DNA of 63,979 nucleotides, filler included, from Chiloscyllium plagiosum (GCF_004010195.1; 4 parts of one record of this genome joined end to end with filler, not necessarily neighbours in it), one strand, 5' to 3'. Shown: positions 12,560 to 26,034, counted from the whole stretch's first letter. Notes: generated by a model not told the origin, from the sequence alone. Made by a program: numbers and translations.

Positions 12560-14057
12560 CAAGGGAGTGCTGTCCTGTCAGAGGGTCAGTACTGAAGGAG
12601 TGCTGCACTGTCAGAGGGTCAGTGCTGAGTGAGTGCCGCATTGTCAGAGGGTCAGTACTGAGGGGGTGCCACACTGTCAGAATGAGGGAGTGCCGCACTG
12701 TCAGAGGGTCAGTACTGAGGGAGTGCTGCACTGTCAGAGGGTCAGTGCTGAGGGAGTGCTGCACTGTCAGAGGGTCAGTACTGAGGGAATGCTGTAATGT
12801 TAGAGAGTCAGTACTGAGGGAGTGCTGCACTGTCACAGATTCAGTGTTGAGGCAATGCCACACTGTTGGTGGGTCAGTACCGAGGGGGTTCTGTACTGTT
12901 GGAGGGTCAGCACGGAAGAGCGCTATACTGTCAGAGGATCAGTACTGAGGGAGTGCGGCACTGTTGAAGGGTCAGTGATGAGGGAGTGTCACACTGTCGG
13001 AGGGTCAGTACTGAGGGAGTGAGGCACTGTTGGAGGGTCAGTACTGAGGGAGTGCTGTATTGTCAGAGGGTCAGTACTGAGGGAGTGCCGCACTGTTGGA
13101 GGGTCAGTACTGAGGGAGTGCTATACTGTCAGGCAGTCAGTACTGAGGGAATGCAGTACTGTTGGAGGGTCAGCACTGTTGGAGTGCTCTACTGTCAGAA
13201 GATCAGCACTGAGGGAGTGCCACACAGTCGGAGGGTCAGCGCTGAGGGAGTGCCACACTGTTGGAGGGTCAGTACTGAGGGAGTGTCACCCTGTCAGGGG
13301 GTCAGTACTGAGGGAATGCTGTACTGTTGGAGGGTCAGTACTGAGGGAGTACTTTGATGTCAGAGGGTCAGTGCTGAGGGAGTGCTGCACTGTCAGAGGG
13401 TCAGTGCTGAGGAAGTGCTGCACTGTCGGAGGATCAGTACTGAGGGAGTGCTATACTGTCAGGGGTTCAGTACTGAGGGAATGCTGTACTGTCGTAGGGT
13501 CAGTACTGAGGGAGTGCCACACAGTCGGAGGGTCAGCGCTGAGGGAGTGCCACATTGTCAAAGGATCAGCACTGAGGGAGTGCTGTACTGTTGGAGGGTC
13601 AGTAGTGAGGAAGTGCCACACTGTCAGAGGGTCAGTACTGAGGGAGTGCCGCACTGTTAGAGGGTCAGTACTGAGGGAGTGCTGTATTTTCAGAAGGTCA
13701 GTACTGAGGGAGTGCGGCACTGTTGGAGGGTCAGTGCTGAGGGAGTGTTGCACTTTTGGAGGGTCAGTAATGAAGGAGTGCTGCACTGTTGGAAGGTCAG
13801 TACTGAGGGAGTGCTGTACTGTCAGAGGGTCAGTACTGAGGGAGTGCAGTACTGTTGGAGGGTCAGTGCTGAGGGAGTGCGCACTGTTGGAGGGTCAGTG
13901 CTGAGGGAGTGTGGCACTGTAAGAGGGTCAGTACCGTGGAAGTGTCACACTGTCAGAGGGTCAGTACTGAGGGAGTGTGGCATTGTCAGAGGGTAAGTGC
14001 TGAGGAAGTGCGGCACTGTTGGAGGGTCAGAGCTGAGGGAATGCTGCACTATCAGAA
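12560..14057. repeat. 32-bp minisatellite, right part
   Basis: Same unit as 3440-4572, resuming directly after the 3' LTR. Confidence 0.95.
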
Positions 14058-14285
14058 TTGCTTCTTTTGGCTGAGATTTTAAAGTGAGGTCAGTCCTCAC
14101 AGGTCACTGTAATTGATCCTTTGACCTGTATTTGAAACAGGATGGAGTTCTCCCCGCTATATTTTACCCTCAGTCCAGCTGACTAAAGAACAGCTCTGAG
14201 TAGTAGCTGTATAACTATTGGTGGATTCTCATTGTGCATCAACGAGCTGCTGTGTTTCCTGTGTTGTAATCAGAGACTTCACCAT
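14058..14285 (+). mobile_element. DeuSINE (SacSINE1/AmnSINE1-like) body continuing from the minisatellite
   Basis: cttttggctgagattttaaa...gatcct...ggagttctcccc...atattttaccctca...ctgctgtgtttcc resembles the Deu domain that follows CAGTACTGAGGGAGTGCTGCACTGTC in DeuSINEs (recalled consensus). Confidence 0.55.
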
Positions 14286-14727
14286 TTGGAACCATGATGA
14301 TGTGGTGCCATTTGGAACCATGATGATGTGGTGAATATTGTTATATCCTGCTGGTCTCACTGTCCTTCTCCTGCGAACCTTGCTGACAGGAAACAGATGA
14401 TATAGCACTTGGCTCTTTCACAACTGGGGGCTGTTCCGTGTTCCCTTCTATTTTCTTGTTATTGGTTGTGGCTATCCACATTGTACTTTTGCAGCTCATT
14501 GCATCAGGTTTTAGACCACATGCTGTAAGAGCAATAGTAGGCCACTTGATCCATCAAAGTTTGCTCTGTCATTTGATGGGTTTCTTAACCTATTCTCCTC
14601 CTATTTTAGTTGGTTATGGCCAAAAGTTCATCTTATCCCAATCGTGGATGAGGAGGAAATTATTTGCTCACAGAATGGAAATCTTTACTTCGAACGTGGC
14701 TGAGTCATTATGAGATTGGGGTTAAAA

Positions 14728-14920
14728 AGGGTGGCGCTGGAAAAGGTAGCATCTGGAAAGCAGGAGCGTCAACTTTTCGGGCATAAGCCCAGGATCAAGG
14801 GCTGATGCCATTAACTTCGACTCTCCTGCTCCTAGGATGCTGCCTGACCTGCTGTGCTTTTCCAGCACCACCCTTTAATGACTCTGACTCTCAAGCATCT
14901 GCAGTCCTCACTTTTTCCTC
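14728..14920. mobile_element. Degenerate palindromic Penelope-derived mini-element
   Basis: gctggaaaagg...cgggcataagccc and ggatgctgcctgacctgctgtgcttttccagcacc...ctgcagtcctcacttt. Confidence 0.65.
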
Positions 14921-15169
14921 ATTTTAAGATTGATAGATTTTTAATAATTGAGGAATTCAAGGATAATGGGATAGTTCAGGAAAGTGGAGTTGAAGATCAT
15001 CAGATGAACCAGAATGTCATTGAAAGGCCTACTTCTGATTCTATGTTATAGTCTTATCATTAACTTGATTAAATATATATTGATCCTATGACAGTGAGGT
15101 TTGACAGGGTAACATTTTCTGAGTTAGAATGCGATAGATTCAAGACTCATTCCAGATTTTCTCCTTAAC

Positions 15170-15260
15170 ACTGAGGGAATGCCGCACTGTCGGAGGGTCA
15201 GTACCGAGGGAGTGCCGCACTGTCGGAGGGTCAGTACTGAGGGAATGCTGCACTGTCAGA
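15170..15260 (+). repeat. Short array (about 3 units) of the 32-bp repeat after a tRNA-like SINE head
   Basis: ctgagttagaatg...ttcaagactcattccaga followed by gagggaatgccgcactgtcggagggtcagt units. Confidence 0.7.
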
Positions 15261-15890
15261 CAAAAACACACACTCTCATGCACACACTCACACTCAGACT
15301 CACACACCCACACACCCTCTCACACAAAAGCACAGTCACCTCACATTCACACATTCTCTCCCTCTCCCACACACACAGAATTTCCCTCTCCCTCATACAT
15401 ACACATAAATCCATGGGCTGAATTTGAATTGGCAGGTTTGTATTTGCAGATACATTCAATTTTGTTCAAAAAGCCCACAATCTGTAGGCAGTCAGTCAAT
15501 GTGACATTTTATAAATTCCTACTTTGGAAATAAAACCGATCTGACTCCAGGTTGGTTGGGATACAGCCAGACTCTAACCTCACACCTTTAATGCATTGTC
15601 TGAGCTGAGATGTCACTTTATTTTTATTCACTGATAAAACCTTAAGTTTTCTCGGGGGCTGTGACTTGAAAGAAATTCTGGGATTTACATACTATTTAAT
15701 CAAAACCTGTTTCCCAATCTAAGTGACTAACTACTTAACTGCCAGCTAGGTTTGTTCATTACATCACATCAGTTCTATAACACTTTGATCTCTTACTATA
15801 AATTCTGTGTTCTGTGATCCTGCCCCACTAGCTACCTGACAAAGGAGCAGCGCACCGAAAACTTGTACTTTCAAATAAACCTGTTTTTTT
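15260..15890 (+). mobile_element. Penelope-type pLTR with (CA)-rich start and degenerate hammerhead
   Basis: Ends acctgacaaaggagcagcgcaccgaaaacttg...aataaacctgtt, the same family as 35821-36040. Confidence 0.55.
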
Positions 15891-15904
15891 TTTTAACCTT
15901 CTTT

Positions 15905-16780
15905 CATGTTTGACAAAACTATTAGAATTTTTTGAGAATGTAATGAGCAAGTTAGATAAAAGAGAGCCACTAGATGTGATCTATTTGGATTTCTAGAAGG
16001 CCTTTTACATGGTGTAACACAGGAGGCTGCTAAATAAAATAAGGGCCCATGGTGTTAGGGGCAAGGTATTAGCATGGATGGAGGATTAGCTGTCTGGTAA
16101 AAGGCAGAGAATGGGGATAAAGGGGTCTTTTCCATGATGGCAGTGAGTGACTGGTGGCATTTTGCAGAGGTCAGTGTTTAGATCACAATTATACACTTTA
16201 TACATTAACAATATGGATGAAGAAACTGAGGGCATTGTTGCTAAGTTTGCACATGACACAAAAATGGGTGAAGGGACAGGTAGTGCTGAGGAAGTATGGA
16301 GGTTGCAAAAGGACTTGGACAAGTTGTGAGAGTGGGCACAGAAGTGGCAGATGGATAACAATGTAGAAAAGTGTGAGGTTAAGCGCTTTGGTAGGAAGAA
16401 TAGAGATGTAGACTATTTTCTCAATGGGAAAAGGCTACTGCAATCTGAAGTTCAAAGGAACTTCTGGGTCCTAGTTCAGGAACCTCTTAAAGTTAACATG
16501 CAAGTTCAGTTGACAGTTGGGTCGACAAATGCAAAGTTAGCATTCATTTCATGAGAGCTAGAATACAATAGCATAAATGTACTGCTGAGGCTGTATAAAA
16601 CTTTGGTTAGACAGCTTTTGGAATATTGTGATCAGTTTTGAGCCCTGTATTAAAGGAAGGATGTGCTGGCCTTGGAGGGAATCCACAGGATGTTTAGAAG
16701 AATAATCCTGAGGATGAAGAACTTGTCATATGAAGAGTGATTGATGACTCCAGGTCTGTACTAATGGAGTTTAGAAAAAT
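15905..16780 (+). mobile_element. CR1 LINE RT fragment
   Basis: YINNMDEETEGIVAKFAHDTK and LQKDLDKL; multiple stops. Confidence 0.85.
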
Positions 16781-17149
16781 GAGCATCAGTATTGAGGGAA
16801 TGCTGCACTGTCAAAGTTTACTGAAGGAGTTTCAGAAATGGGGTGAGATCAGCTCGGACATTTGATTACAGTAAGCTTTTCCCACCTTTCTCACACACTT
16901 AGCAGCTACTGCTCCAGGAACAGCTCCAGGGTGTCTACTGCAAAGTCAGTGGTTCTCACTAATCATATGATTTTTAGGAAGTCTTAACGCAAAAAAACCC
17001 GTCACTTATCTCCAGTGAACTTCCAATACTCTCTTTTGAAAAGAGCAATCAAGGCACTTCCACAAAACTTGAAGCAAATTCCTTTCTTCATAATGTTCAA
17101 AGCTGAAGTTTTCCAAACAATATTAAATATGAAGTGTCTCCATTATGCC

Positions 17150-18000
17150 AATCCGTTTGGTACATAACTCATTACATCTTGCCAGCCTGAAAAAATACCC
17201 TTTGATATCTACCCTTTTCCTGTTAGGGAACCAATCTTCTACCCTGCCAATATACTACCCCTGAAACCTTCACTTTTATTTTCTGAAATAACTTTTGATG
17301 AAGGAACTTATTAAATGCTGTCTGGAAATCTAACTCCCTATTCTTTTAAGGCAGAGGTGGATAGATTCTTGGTAGATAGGGCTATCAATGACTATCAGGA
17401 ATAGATGGGAATTCAGAATTTAAAACACACACAGATCACCTGTGATCATATTGAATGACAGAGTAGGCTCAAGGGACCAAAGTTTCGACTTCTGTTTGTA
17501 TTTTGTATGTTTGTACGTACACCCACAAAGTCCTCTTAATCCAAGGCATGCATTACCTCCTCAAAAACTCTAATAGATCGCTCAGACACAATTTCCCTTT
17601 CACAAAATCATGGTGACTCTGAATGAATACTTTGAACTGATCCAAGTGCCCTGCTATAACTTCTTGAATAATGGCTGCAGATGTTTACCTCTGATAGATG
17701 TTAAGCCTTATAGTTTCCTGCTTTCAATTTCCAATGTAATGAAACCAAACCAAATCAAAGGAATTTTGAAAAATTAAAATTAATGTATCAACTATCTCAC
17801 CAGCAACTTCTTTTAAGTCCCTACAATGAAGTTCATCAAGATCCAAGCACTTATCAGAACCCAGCTCTGACAATTTATTCAGTATCGTTTCTCTGGTGAT
17901 TATGATATTCCTGAGTAATAGAGTCGTACAGTTATACAGCACAGAAACAGACTCTTCAGTTCCACCCGTCTGCATCCCAATCTGACCTAAAACTGATTTG
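17150..18000 (-). mobile_element. Old CR1 fragments (nested)
   Basis: LKEVAGEIVDTLILIFQNSF on minus; CR1 3' UTR pieces. Confidence 0.6.
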
Positions 18001-18169
18001 CCAGCATTTGGCCCAATGACTATCAGGAATAGATGGAATTCAGAATTTAAAACACAAAGAGATCACCCATGATCATATTGAATGACAGAATAGGCTCAAG
18101 GGACCAAAGGTTCAACTTCTGTTTGTATTTTGTACACCCACATACAAACCCTTCCTAGTCATATACCCG

Positions 18170-21100
18170 TAGAACACAGAACATAGAAAAGTACAGCATA
18201 GAATAGGCCCTTCAGCTCATGAGGATTAATCCTAATCTAAAATAAAATAACCTAACATACGCACTCCTCAATTCACTGCTGTCCATGTGCACGTCCAGCA
18301 GTCGCTTATATGTCCCGAATGACTCTGCTTCCACCACCACCGCTGGCAATGCATTCCATGCACTCACAACTCTACGTAAAGAATCTACCTCTGACATCTC
18401 CTCTATACCTTCCTCCTAATATCTTAAAACTATGACCCCTTGCGCCAGTCAATCCTGCCTTGGGGAAAAGTTGCTGGCTATCGACTCTATCCATGTACAC
18501 CTCAATCAGGTCACCTTTCTTCCTCCTTCTCTCCAGAAAGAAAAATCTGAGCGTAGTTAACCTCTCTTCATAAGTTCAGGCAGCATCCTGGTAAATCTTC
18601 TTTGCAGAAAATGTGTTGCTGGAAAAGCGCAGCAAGTCAGGCAGCATCCAAGGAGCAGGAGAATCGACTTTTCGGGCATGAGCCCTTCTTCAGGAAGGCT
18701 CATGCCCGAAACGTCAATTCTCCTGCTCCTTGATGCTGCCTGACCTGCTGCGCTTTTCCAGCAACACATTTTCAGCTCTGATCTCCAGCATCTGCAGTCC
18801 TCACTTTCTCCTCGAAAACCTTCTTTGCACCCTCTCCAAAGCCTCCATATCTTTCCCATAATAGGGCGTCCAAAACTGGACACAATATTCCTTGTGTTGT
18901 CTCACCAGGGACTTGTAGAGCTGCAGCAAAACCTTACGGCACTTAAACTTGATCCCACTGTTAATGAAAGCCAAAACACCATATGCTTTCTTGACAACCC
19001 TATCCACTTGGACGGCAACTTGAGGGATCTATGCACTTGCACACCCAGATCCCTCTGTCCCTCCACACTGCCAAGAATCCTGTCTTTAATCCTATAATCA
19101 GCATTCAGATTCGACCTTCCAAAATGCATAACTTCACATTTATCCAGGTCGAACCCCATCTGCCATTTCTCAGCACAGCTCTGCATCCTGTCTATGTCGC
19201 GCTGCAGCCTGCAATAGCCCTCAATACTATCGACGACACCTCCAATCTTTGTGTCATCTGCAAATTTACTAACCCACCCTCAACCTCCTCATCCAAGTCA
19301 TTTATAAAAACTACAGAAATAAGTGTGATGAACTTAGAGCATGGATCAATACTTGAGACTATGATCAGAGGCCCAAGAACAGAGCTCTGCAGGACCCCAC
19401 TTACCACTGACCTCCAGGCAGTATACTTTCCATCGACAACCACTCTCTGCCTTCTTTCAGCCAGCCAATTCCGAATCCAGATAGCCAAATCTCCCTGTAT
19501 CCGTACCTCCTGACCTTATGAATGAACCTACCATGGGGAACCTTACCAAATGCCTTGCTGAAGTCCATATACATCCACTGCATGACCTTTAATAACCTGT
19601 CTCCTCACCTCCTCAAAGAACTCAAGAAGGTTTGTGAGGCATACCTGCCCCTCACAAAGCCATGCTAACTGCTTTTCCAAATAGTCATAAATCCGATCAC
19701 ACTATGCTTTTCCAAATAGTCATAAATCCGATCCCTTAGAATTCTACCAAAACCTTGCTGACACACAAGTAACACTGACTGGTCTGTGATTGCCAGGGAT
19801 TTCCCTATTGCCCTTCTTGAGAAGAAGAACAACATTCTTCTCCCTCCAATCCTCTAGTACGACTCCCGTGGAGAGTGAGGAAGCAAAGGTCTTTGCCAGT
19901 GGCTTAGCAACCTCCTTTCTCTCTTCCTGGAGCAGCCTGGGATAAATCTGGTCTGGCCCTGGGGACTTACCAATCTTAATGTTTGCCAAAATTTCCAGCA
20001 CATCAACTTCATCAATCTTGATCTGTTCAAACCTGTATCCCAGCTCCTCAAAGTTCTCATTCACAACTAGATCCCTTTCCTTTATGAAAACTGAAGCAAA
20101 AAACTCATTTATGGCTTCCCCTATCTGCTCAGACTCCACGCACAAGTTCCCTCCGCTATCCCTGACCGGCCCTACCTTCTCCCTGATCATTCTCTTATTC
20201 CTCACGTACGAGTAAAATGCTTTTGGGTTCTCCCTAATCCTTCCTGCCAAGCCTTTTTGTGCCCCCTCCTGGCTCTCCTCAGTCTATTTCTGAGCTCCTT
20301 TCTAGCAAGCCTGTAATCCTCTAAAGCTGTGCTAGATCCTTCCTTCCTCCACCTTACGTAAGCTGCCTTTTTCCTTTTGACGAGGAGCTCCTCTGTTCTC
20401 GTCATCCAAGGTTCCTTAATCTTACCCCTTCTTATCTGTCTCAGAGGAGCAAATTTATGCATCATTCACAACAACTGCTCCTTAAATAGTCTCCACATGT
20501 CTGCTGTGCCCTTCCTGTGGAACAATTGCTCCCAGTCTGTACTTCCCAACGCCATAGCATCATAATTTCCTTTCCTTCAATTAAATATCTTCCCTCAATA
20601 ACTGCTTCTTTCCCTCTCCAAGACTATGGTAAATGTGAAACAGTTGTGATCACTGATACCAAAGTGTTCTCCCACCGCGAGATCTGACACCTGCTCTGGC
20701 TCATTGCCGAGCACCAAATCCAAAATGGCCTCTCCCCTCGTCGGCCTGTCTACATAGGAGGGGGGTATAATTACAGCATTTAAAAGGATCTGGATGGGTA
20801 TGAGATAGTGAGGTGAGGAACAGGCAGCGAGTGCAGCTTAACACGTGGCTGCGAGGTTGGCGCAGGAGGGAGGAGTAAGGAAACACACCTGACAAAACGG
20901 CTCCATCCAAACCATCTGCACTAAGGAGGTTCCCGTCGATATTGGGAAAATTGAAATCACCCATAACAACAACCCTGCTACACCTGCATTTTTCCAAAAT
21001 CTGCCAGCTTATGAGTTCTTTAATCTCCCTACTGCTATTAGGTGGTCTGTAGAAAACCCCCAATGAGGTGACTGCTCCCTTGTTGTTCCTAACTTCCACC

Positions 21101-21690
21101 CAAACTGACTCATTAGACAAACCTTCCTCAACAGCCTTCGTTTCTGTAGCTGTGATGCACTCTCTGATTAGCAATGCTACACTCCCTCCTCTTTTCCCCC
21201 TTTCCCTGATCTTTTTAAACATTCTAAATCCTGGAACATCAAGCAACCATTCCTGTCCCTGTGAAACTCACGTCTCTGTTATGGCCGCAATATCATAGTC
21301 TCAAGTATTGATCCATGCTCTAAGTTCATCACACTTATTTCTGACACTTCCTGTGTTAAAGTGGACATACTTTAACCAATCCCTTTGTTTCATCACATGA
21401 GAAACCTTCCTGATAGATTCACTACATCCTGTCACTGCCTCATCTACAACTATCCCATCTCAGATGTGTAGCTCAGGTTCCTACCCCCTGCCAAACTCAT
21501 TTAAACCCTCCCAAATCACACGAACAAATCTCCCCCCCAGGACATTTGTGCCCCTCCAATTCAGGTACAACACGTCCTTCATGTACAGGTCCCACCTTCC
21601 CCAGAAGGTATCCCAATGGTCTAGGTATCTGAAGCCCTCCCTCCTGCACCTCGCAGCCACGTGTTAAGCTGCACTCGCTGCCTCACTATC
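18170..21690 (-). mobile_element. Long CR1 LINE: end of esterase-like ORF1, APE endonuclease, RT and 3' UTR
   Basis: ORF1 LNTWLRG..DHWDTFWGRWDLY. APE GVFYRPPNS and VVMGDFNFPNID. RT KSPGPDQIYPR, YMDFSKAF, FINDLD. (agaacat) tail at about 18170-18190. Confidence 0.92.
18607..18815. mobile_element. Palindromic hammerhead-type mini-element with TSD
   Basis: Inverted arms 18607-18690 and 18697-18773. TSD aaatcttctttgca (18593-18606) / aaaccttctttgca (18816-18829). Confidence 0.8.
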
Positions 21691-21950
21691 TCATACCCAT
21701 CCAGATCCTTTTAAATGCTGTAATTATACCCCCCTCCACCACTTCCTCTGGCTGTTCATTCCATGCACTCACCACTCTCTGTGTGAAAACTTACCCCTTA
21801 GGTCCCTTTTAAATCTTCCTCCCCTCTCATCTTAAACCTATGCCCTCTAGTTTTGGACTCTCCCATCCAAGGGAAAAGATCTTGTCTATTTACCCTATTC
21901 ATGCCCCTCATGATTTTATAAACATCTATAAGGTCACCCCTCAGCCTCCG
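21690..21950 (-). mobile_element. CR1 3' fragment (host of the long CR1)
   Basis: Continues the CR1 3' end seen at 17930-18168. Confidence 0.7.
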
Positions 21951-22354
21951 AAGAGTTCCTTTGTTACTCCCATTTCATAATTTATTGCTGCTTCTGGGGG
22001 TGTCACCTCAGCAAAGACTGATGCAAAATACATATTCAATTCATCTGCCATTTCCTTAGTTTCCATTATTAATTCTCCAAACTCACTTTCTAAAGACCAA
22101 TGCTCACTTTGCGAATTCAGAGAAATGCTTATAATCTGTTTTTAAAAAATATTCCTGGCTAGCTTTCATTCATCCTCAAAGTTTTCACACATTATTTGGT
22201 TTTTGGTCATTCTTTGCTGTTTTTTAGATTCTGCCCAATCTTCTGATCTTACACACATCTTTGCACAGGTTCTAGAATATAGGAATCATCTATACTGTGA
22301 GAAATGTCGATGACTGTGAAAGATGGAGATATATAATCATGCAAACATAGAGGA

Positions 22355-22625
22355 GGTGGTGGTGTACTGGTAATTTCTCTGGTCTAGCAATCCAGAAACC
22401 GAGGTTAATATTCTCAAGACATAGTTTTGAATACCACCATGGCAGAATGTGAAATGTGAATTCAGTAAGAAGCTGGATGAATGATGACAATGCAGACACT
22501 GTTGACTCTTATATAGAAAGCCATCAGGTTTACAAAAGTACTTTAGGGAAGAAAATCTGCTGCTCCTTATCTTGGCCAGCATGTGACTCCAGATGCAATA
22601 AATGCTGACTTCGCCAGCTACACCC
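22355..22625 (+). mobile_element. tRNA-derived SINE (degenerate)
   Basis: tggtgtactggtaat...ctagcaatccaga head and ctttagggaagaaaatctgc...tgtgactccaga body; same family as 32422-32740. Confidence 0.6.
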
Positions 22626-23629
22626 ACATCTTTTGCACAAATATTAAACAAAAGATTTATATTTTCGACAGGGGCTTACCGAAGACAACTTTCTTTTCTG
22701 AGTAGAGTGTAATGTGTGGCACAGGGACATGGAGTGAGAAAACCATATTGTACAATTACACTCCAACCATACCTTTCAATGTTCCAGTATAACCAGTGCA
22801 CCCCAAGAAACAGCACAGCTGTGGAAAGTAGCAATTTATGCCCATACAATATCAGCTAGTTTGGTTATTCCACAGAAAAATGATCTTCCAACTTACTGAA
22901 CCCAATTCAAACACAGACAGATTGGTAACTCAATTCTAATTGCAACATTTCTGTTCTGTTCCAATTTTACAAATATAATTTAAGTATGATTTATATAGTG
23001 AGCATTTGAGATCAGTGAACATAATTCAGCAAGTTTTAATAGAGTTACGGTAAGGATAAAACTGGTCCTTGAGAGAAAATGCTAAATGGGGGGGGGGGGG
23101 GTAGGCTAATTACAACAATATTAGGCAAGAGCTGGAGAAATTAGATTTTGGGGGTGGCTGTTTTAGAGTAAGTCCACATCTGATGTGTGGGAGTCTTTTG
23201 ATGAATGAATGATTTTTATTGTCACGTATATTTAACAATAAGAATACAACAAAATACAGCAAAAAGCTTTAATTTGTCAATTTGATTTGGCACCATTTTA
23301 AATAATTTAAGAACAAGAAAACAAAGAGAGATCCAGCTTAAAGAGGGTCCATTGGTCCTGAGCCAGCTCATCATCATCAATGACATCAGCACAGCCATCC
23401 CTCCTTCACTGCGTCATTGCCATCTACACTGAATCCAACCAACGGTTAAGTGACCAATCCTCAGGTGCTGCCTGGCTGATACTCCTCCGCCACCGCCTTG
23501 CCCCATTTGTACTGGACCAAGCAATGTCAGAGTCATGTCACTCACCACTGGGCCCACCTCATCCATTGCGCCGTGATGCTCTTCCATTACAACTTCACCA
23601 CCGCCAGCATCAGACCCAACCAACAATGA

Positions 23630-23797
23630 GGCGAAAGTGAGGACTGCAGATGCTGGAGATTAGAGTTGATAGTGTGGTGCTGGAAAAGCACAGCAGGCCA
23701 GGCAGCATGTGGAGCAGGAAAATCGACGTTTCCCAAAACATTGAGTTTCCTGCTCCTTGGATGCTGCCTGACCCGCTGTGCTTTTCCAGCAACATAC
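23630..23797. mobile_element. Palindromic mini-element (centre deleted) with 16-bp TSD
   Basis: TSD acccaaccaacaatga at 23614-23629 and 23798-23813; inverted arms. Confidence 0.8.
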
Positions 23798-24059
23798 ACC
23801 CAACCAACAATGAAGTCTCCGATCCTTAGGTGCCATCATTTGCAGCTGGGCCGACCTCACCTCCACCAGTGCAGCATTCACCAATTCTGATGCCAAGCCC
23901 TGTACTCACTCTGGAAAAGTAAGTAACGGCATACTTAGAGCCAGTGCTGAGCCCACTCTCCTCTGTGCTGAGCCCACTTGAGATCCACGTTGTGTCCACT
24001 CTCCTCAGAGCTAACCCACTCAATATCTGCACTGGGTCCACTCTCCTCAGCACTGGGCC

Positions 24060-26026
24060 CAATGCCTCAACAGACGATGGGAAACATTTTACAAGGTCTA
24101 CCCCAGGTTGCCATGTATCTTGATGATATGCTAATAACATGGAAGGTGAATATGGAGCACTTGGAGAACTTGGACATATCCTTAGACATTTCTCCCAGGC
24201 GGGCATATGCCTATGAAGGGAAAAATGTTGTTCCAGAGTTGACAAGACTGGGTTACACCCATTGAAGATAAAGTTAGGACAATCAAAGGTATCCCGCTGG
24301 ATGTCTGTACTGGATCTTAGGTGTTTCCTTGGGCTAGTGAAGATTAGATTAGATTAGATTCCCTACAGTGTGGAAATAGGCCCTTTGGCCGAGCAAGTCC
24401 ACACCAATCCTCCGATTATTACTGAAAGTTCATTCATAAATTGGCCTCCAACCTGGCATCATCACATCAACTCTTTAAAAGGGTCAGACTTGAAACTGGT
24501 TGTGTAGCCAAGCCATAGCTTTCAGGAAAGTGAAGAAACAGCTACCACCCTCTACAGTGCTGGCACACGCTGATCTCAAGTGAGATCTGGTACTGACATG
24601 CAATGCCTTCCCGTACCGCTTTGGGGTAGTATTAGCTCATAGGTAGCCCAATGGAGCAGAATGCTCAATAGCTTATGCATCCTGAATTTTGGCTAATGCA
24701 GTGTGTAAATATTCCCAGATAGAGAAGGAAGGTGTGTCAGTCATATTTGGAGTCAGGAAATTCCACCAATACCTTGTGGACATAAATTTGTAATAATAAC
24801 AGACCGCAAACACCTACACGTTCTATTTAATGAGAACAAGGCAGTGACACCCATAGCTTCAGGCTGAATTCAGCGATGGGCTCTAATAGTCAGTGTGTAT
24901 AATTACAAGTTGGAATACTGTCTGGGAGGCCAAGTAGCAAATGTGGATGAATTGAGCCGCCTCCATCTGGCAGATACATCACTGGTGATAACACCATTGG
25001 AAGGGTCCGTAATGGTTTTAAATTTTCTTGACACACTCCCAGTCACAGCTGACAATATCAGACTATGATCGCAGAAAGATTCAGTCCTGGCAAAACTGAA
25101 ATAACTGGTGGACGATGGGGAAACCAAAGGGTTGTCCTGACCAGAAATGAAACATTTTTGGATCCAGAGAGACCAAATCACCAAAGAGAATGGCATACTA
25201 TTATGGGGAGCAAGAGTGACTGGCCTCAGGCAAAGGTCACTGTCAGATCCTGACTGAACTCCACTTGGGTCATCCAGGGGTTTGATATATAAGGACAGCC
25301 CTATTCCATCTATCACCCAATGGCCTGATAGAAAGAGCAGTTCAAACTTTAAAGGTAGACTTGAAGAAGCAGCCTACAACTTTGCTAGATACCAAACTGT
25401 CTTGGTTCCTATTTGATTTGGACCACTCCTCATGCAGCTACAGAGATAGCTCCAACAGAGTTGCTAATGAGGAGAGGAGTCTGCACCAGGTCAAATCTGG
25501 GGTGGGGCGGGGAGGGGGGGGGGGGGGTGGCAAGAGGGTGAAACAGCATCAGGAATGCCCATGTTGAATACATGACTCGGCCAAACAAGAGAGACAGTTG
25601 AGTATAGGAACCACGGGAATGGCCCTCCACGTGTCAGAGTGTTGGTCAATGCAAGGGCAGGAACACTAATGCAGAGCGTTCGGGTAAGAGTGTTGGTCCA
25701 GGACATGCACATGGACCATATGAATGTTGCAAAGTTGCTTGTGGTACAGAAGCAAAATGTGACCTGCTCCTTGGAACAATCCAAAGGGCTGTTGGAACCT
25801 GAGGGTTCTCCATTTTGGTCAAGTGTTGAAGACACCTCTGAATCTGCGATCAACATGGTGATCTCACCTTTGCTCCTGTCTGTCACATACCACCCCATAC
25901 CTGCCGCAAAGAAGTATCAAACATTCTGACGCTCTGTGAGCTGGTTCTGATGGAGCTGGATCACTGTCAAGGACTTCCCACATGTAAATAAAGGGTGATT
26001 TGGTGACAGGATACCAGAGTTATCAC
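24060..26026 (+). mobile_element. Degenerate Ty3/gypsy retrotransposon (RT-RH-IN order) with partial 3' LTR
   Basis: QQTMGNILQGLPQVAMYLDDMLIT (RT). RNase H-like IAYAS..SQIEKEG. Integrase-like YHP..NGL.ERAVQT. Ends aataaaagggtgatttggtg...tcaca. Confidence 0.75.
24340..24415 (-). mobile_element. HE1/V-SINE or CR1 3' tail fragment
   Basis: (agatt)n tail and ccctacagtgtggaaataggccc. Confidence 0.6.
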
Positions 26027-26034
26027 AATAAAAT

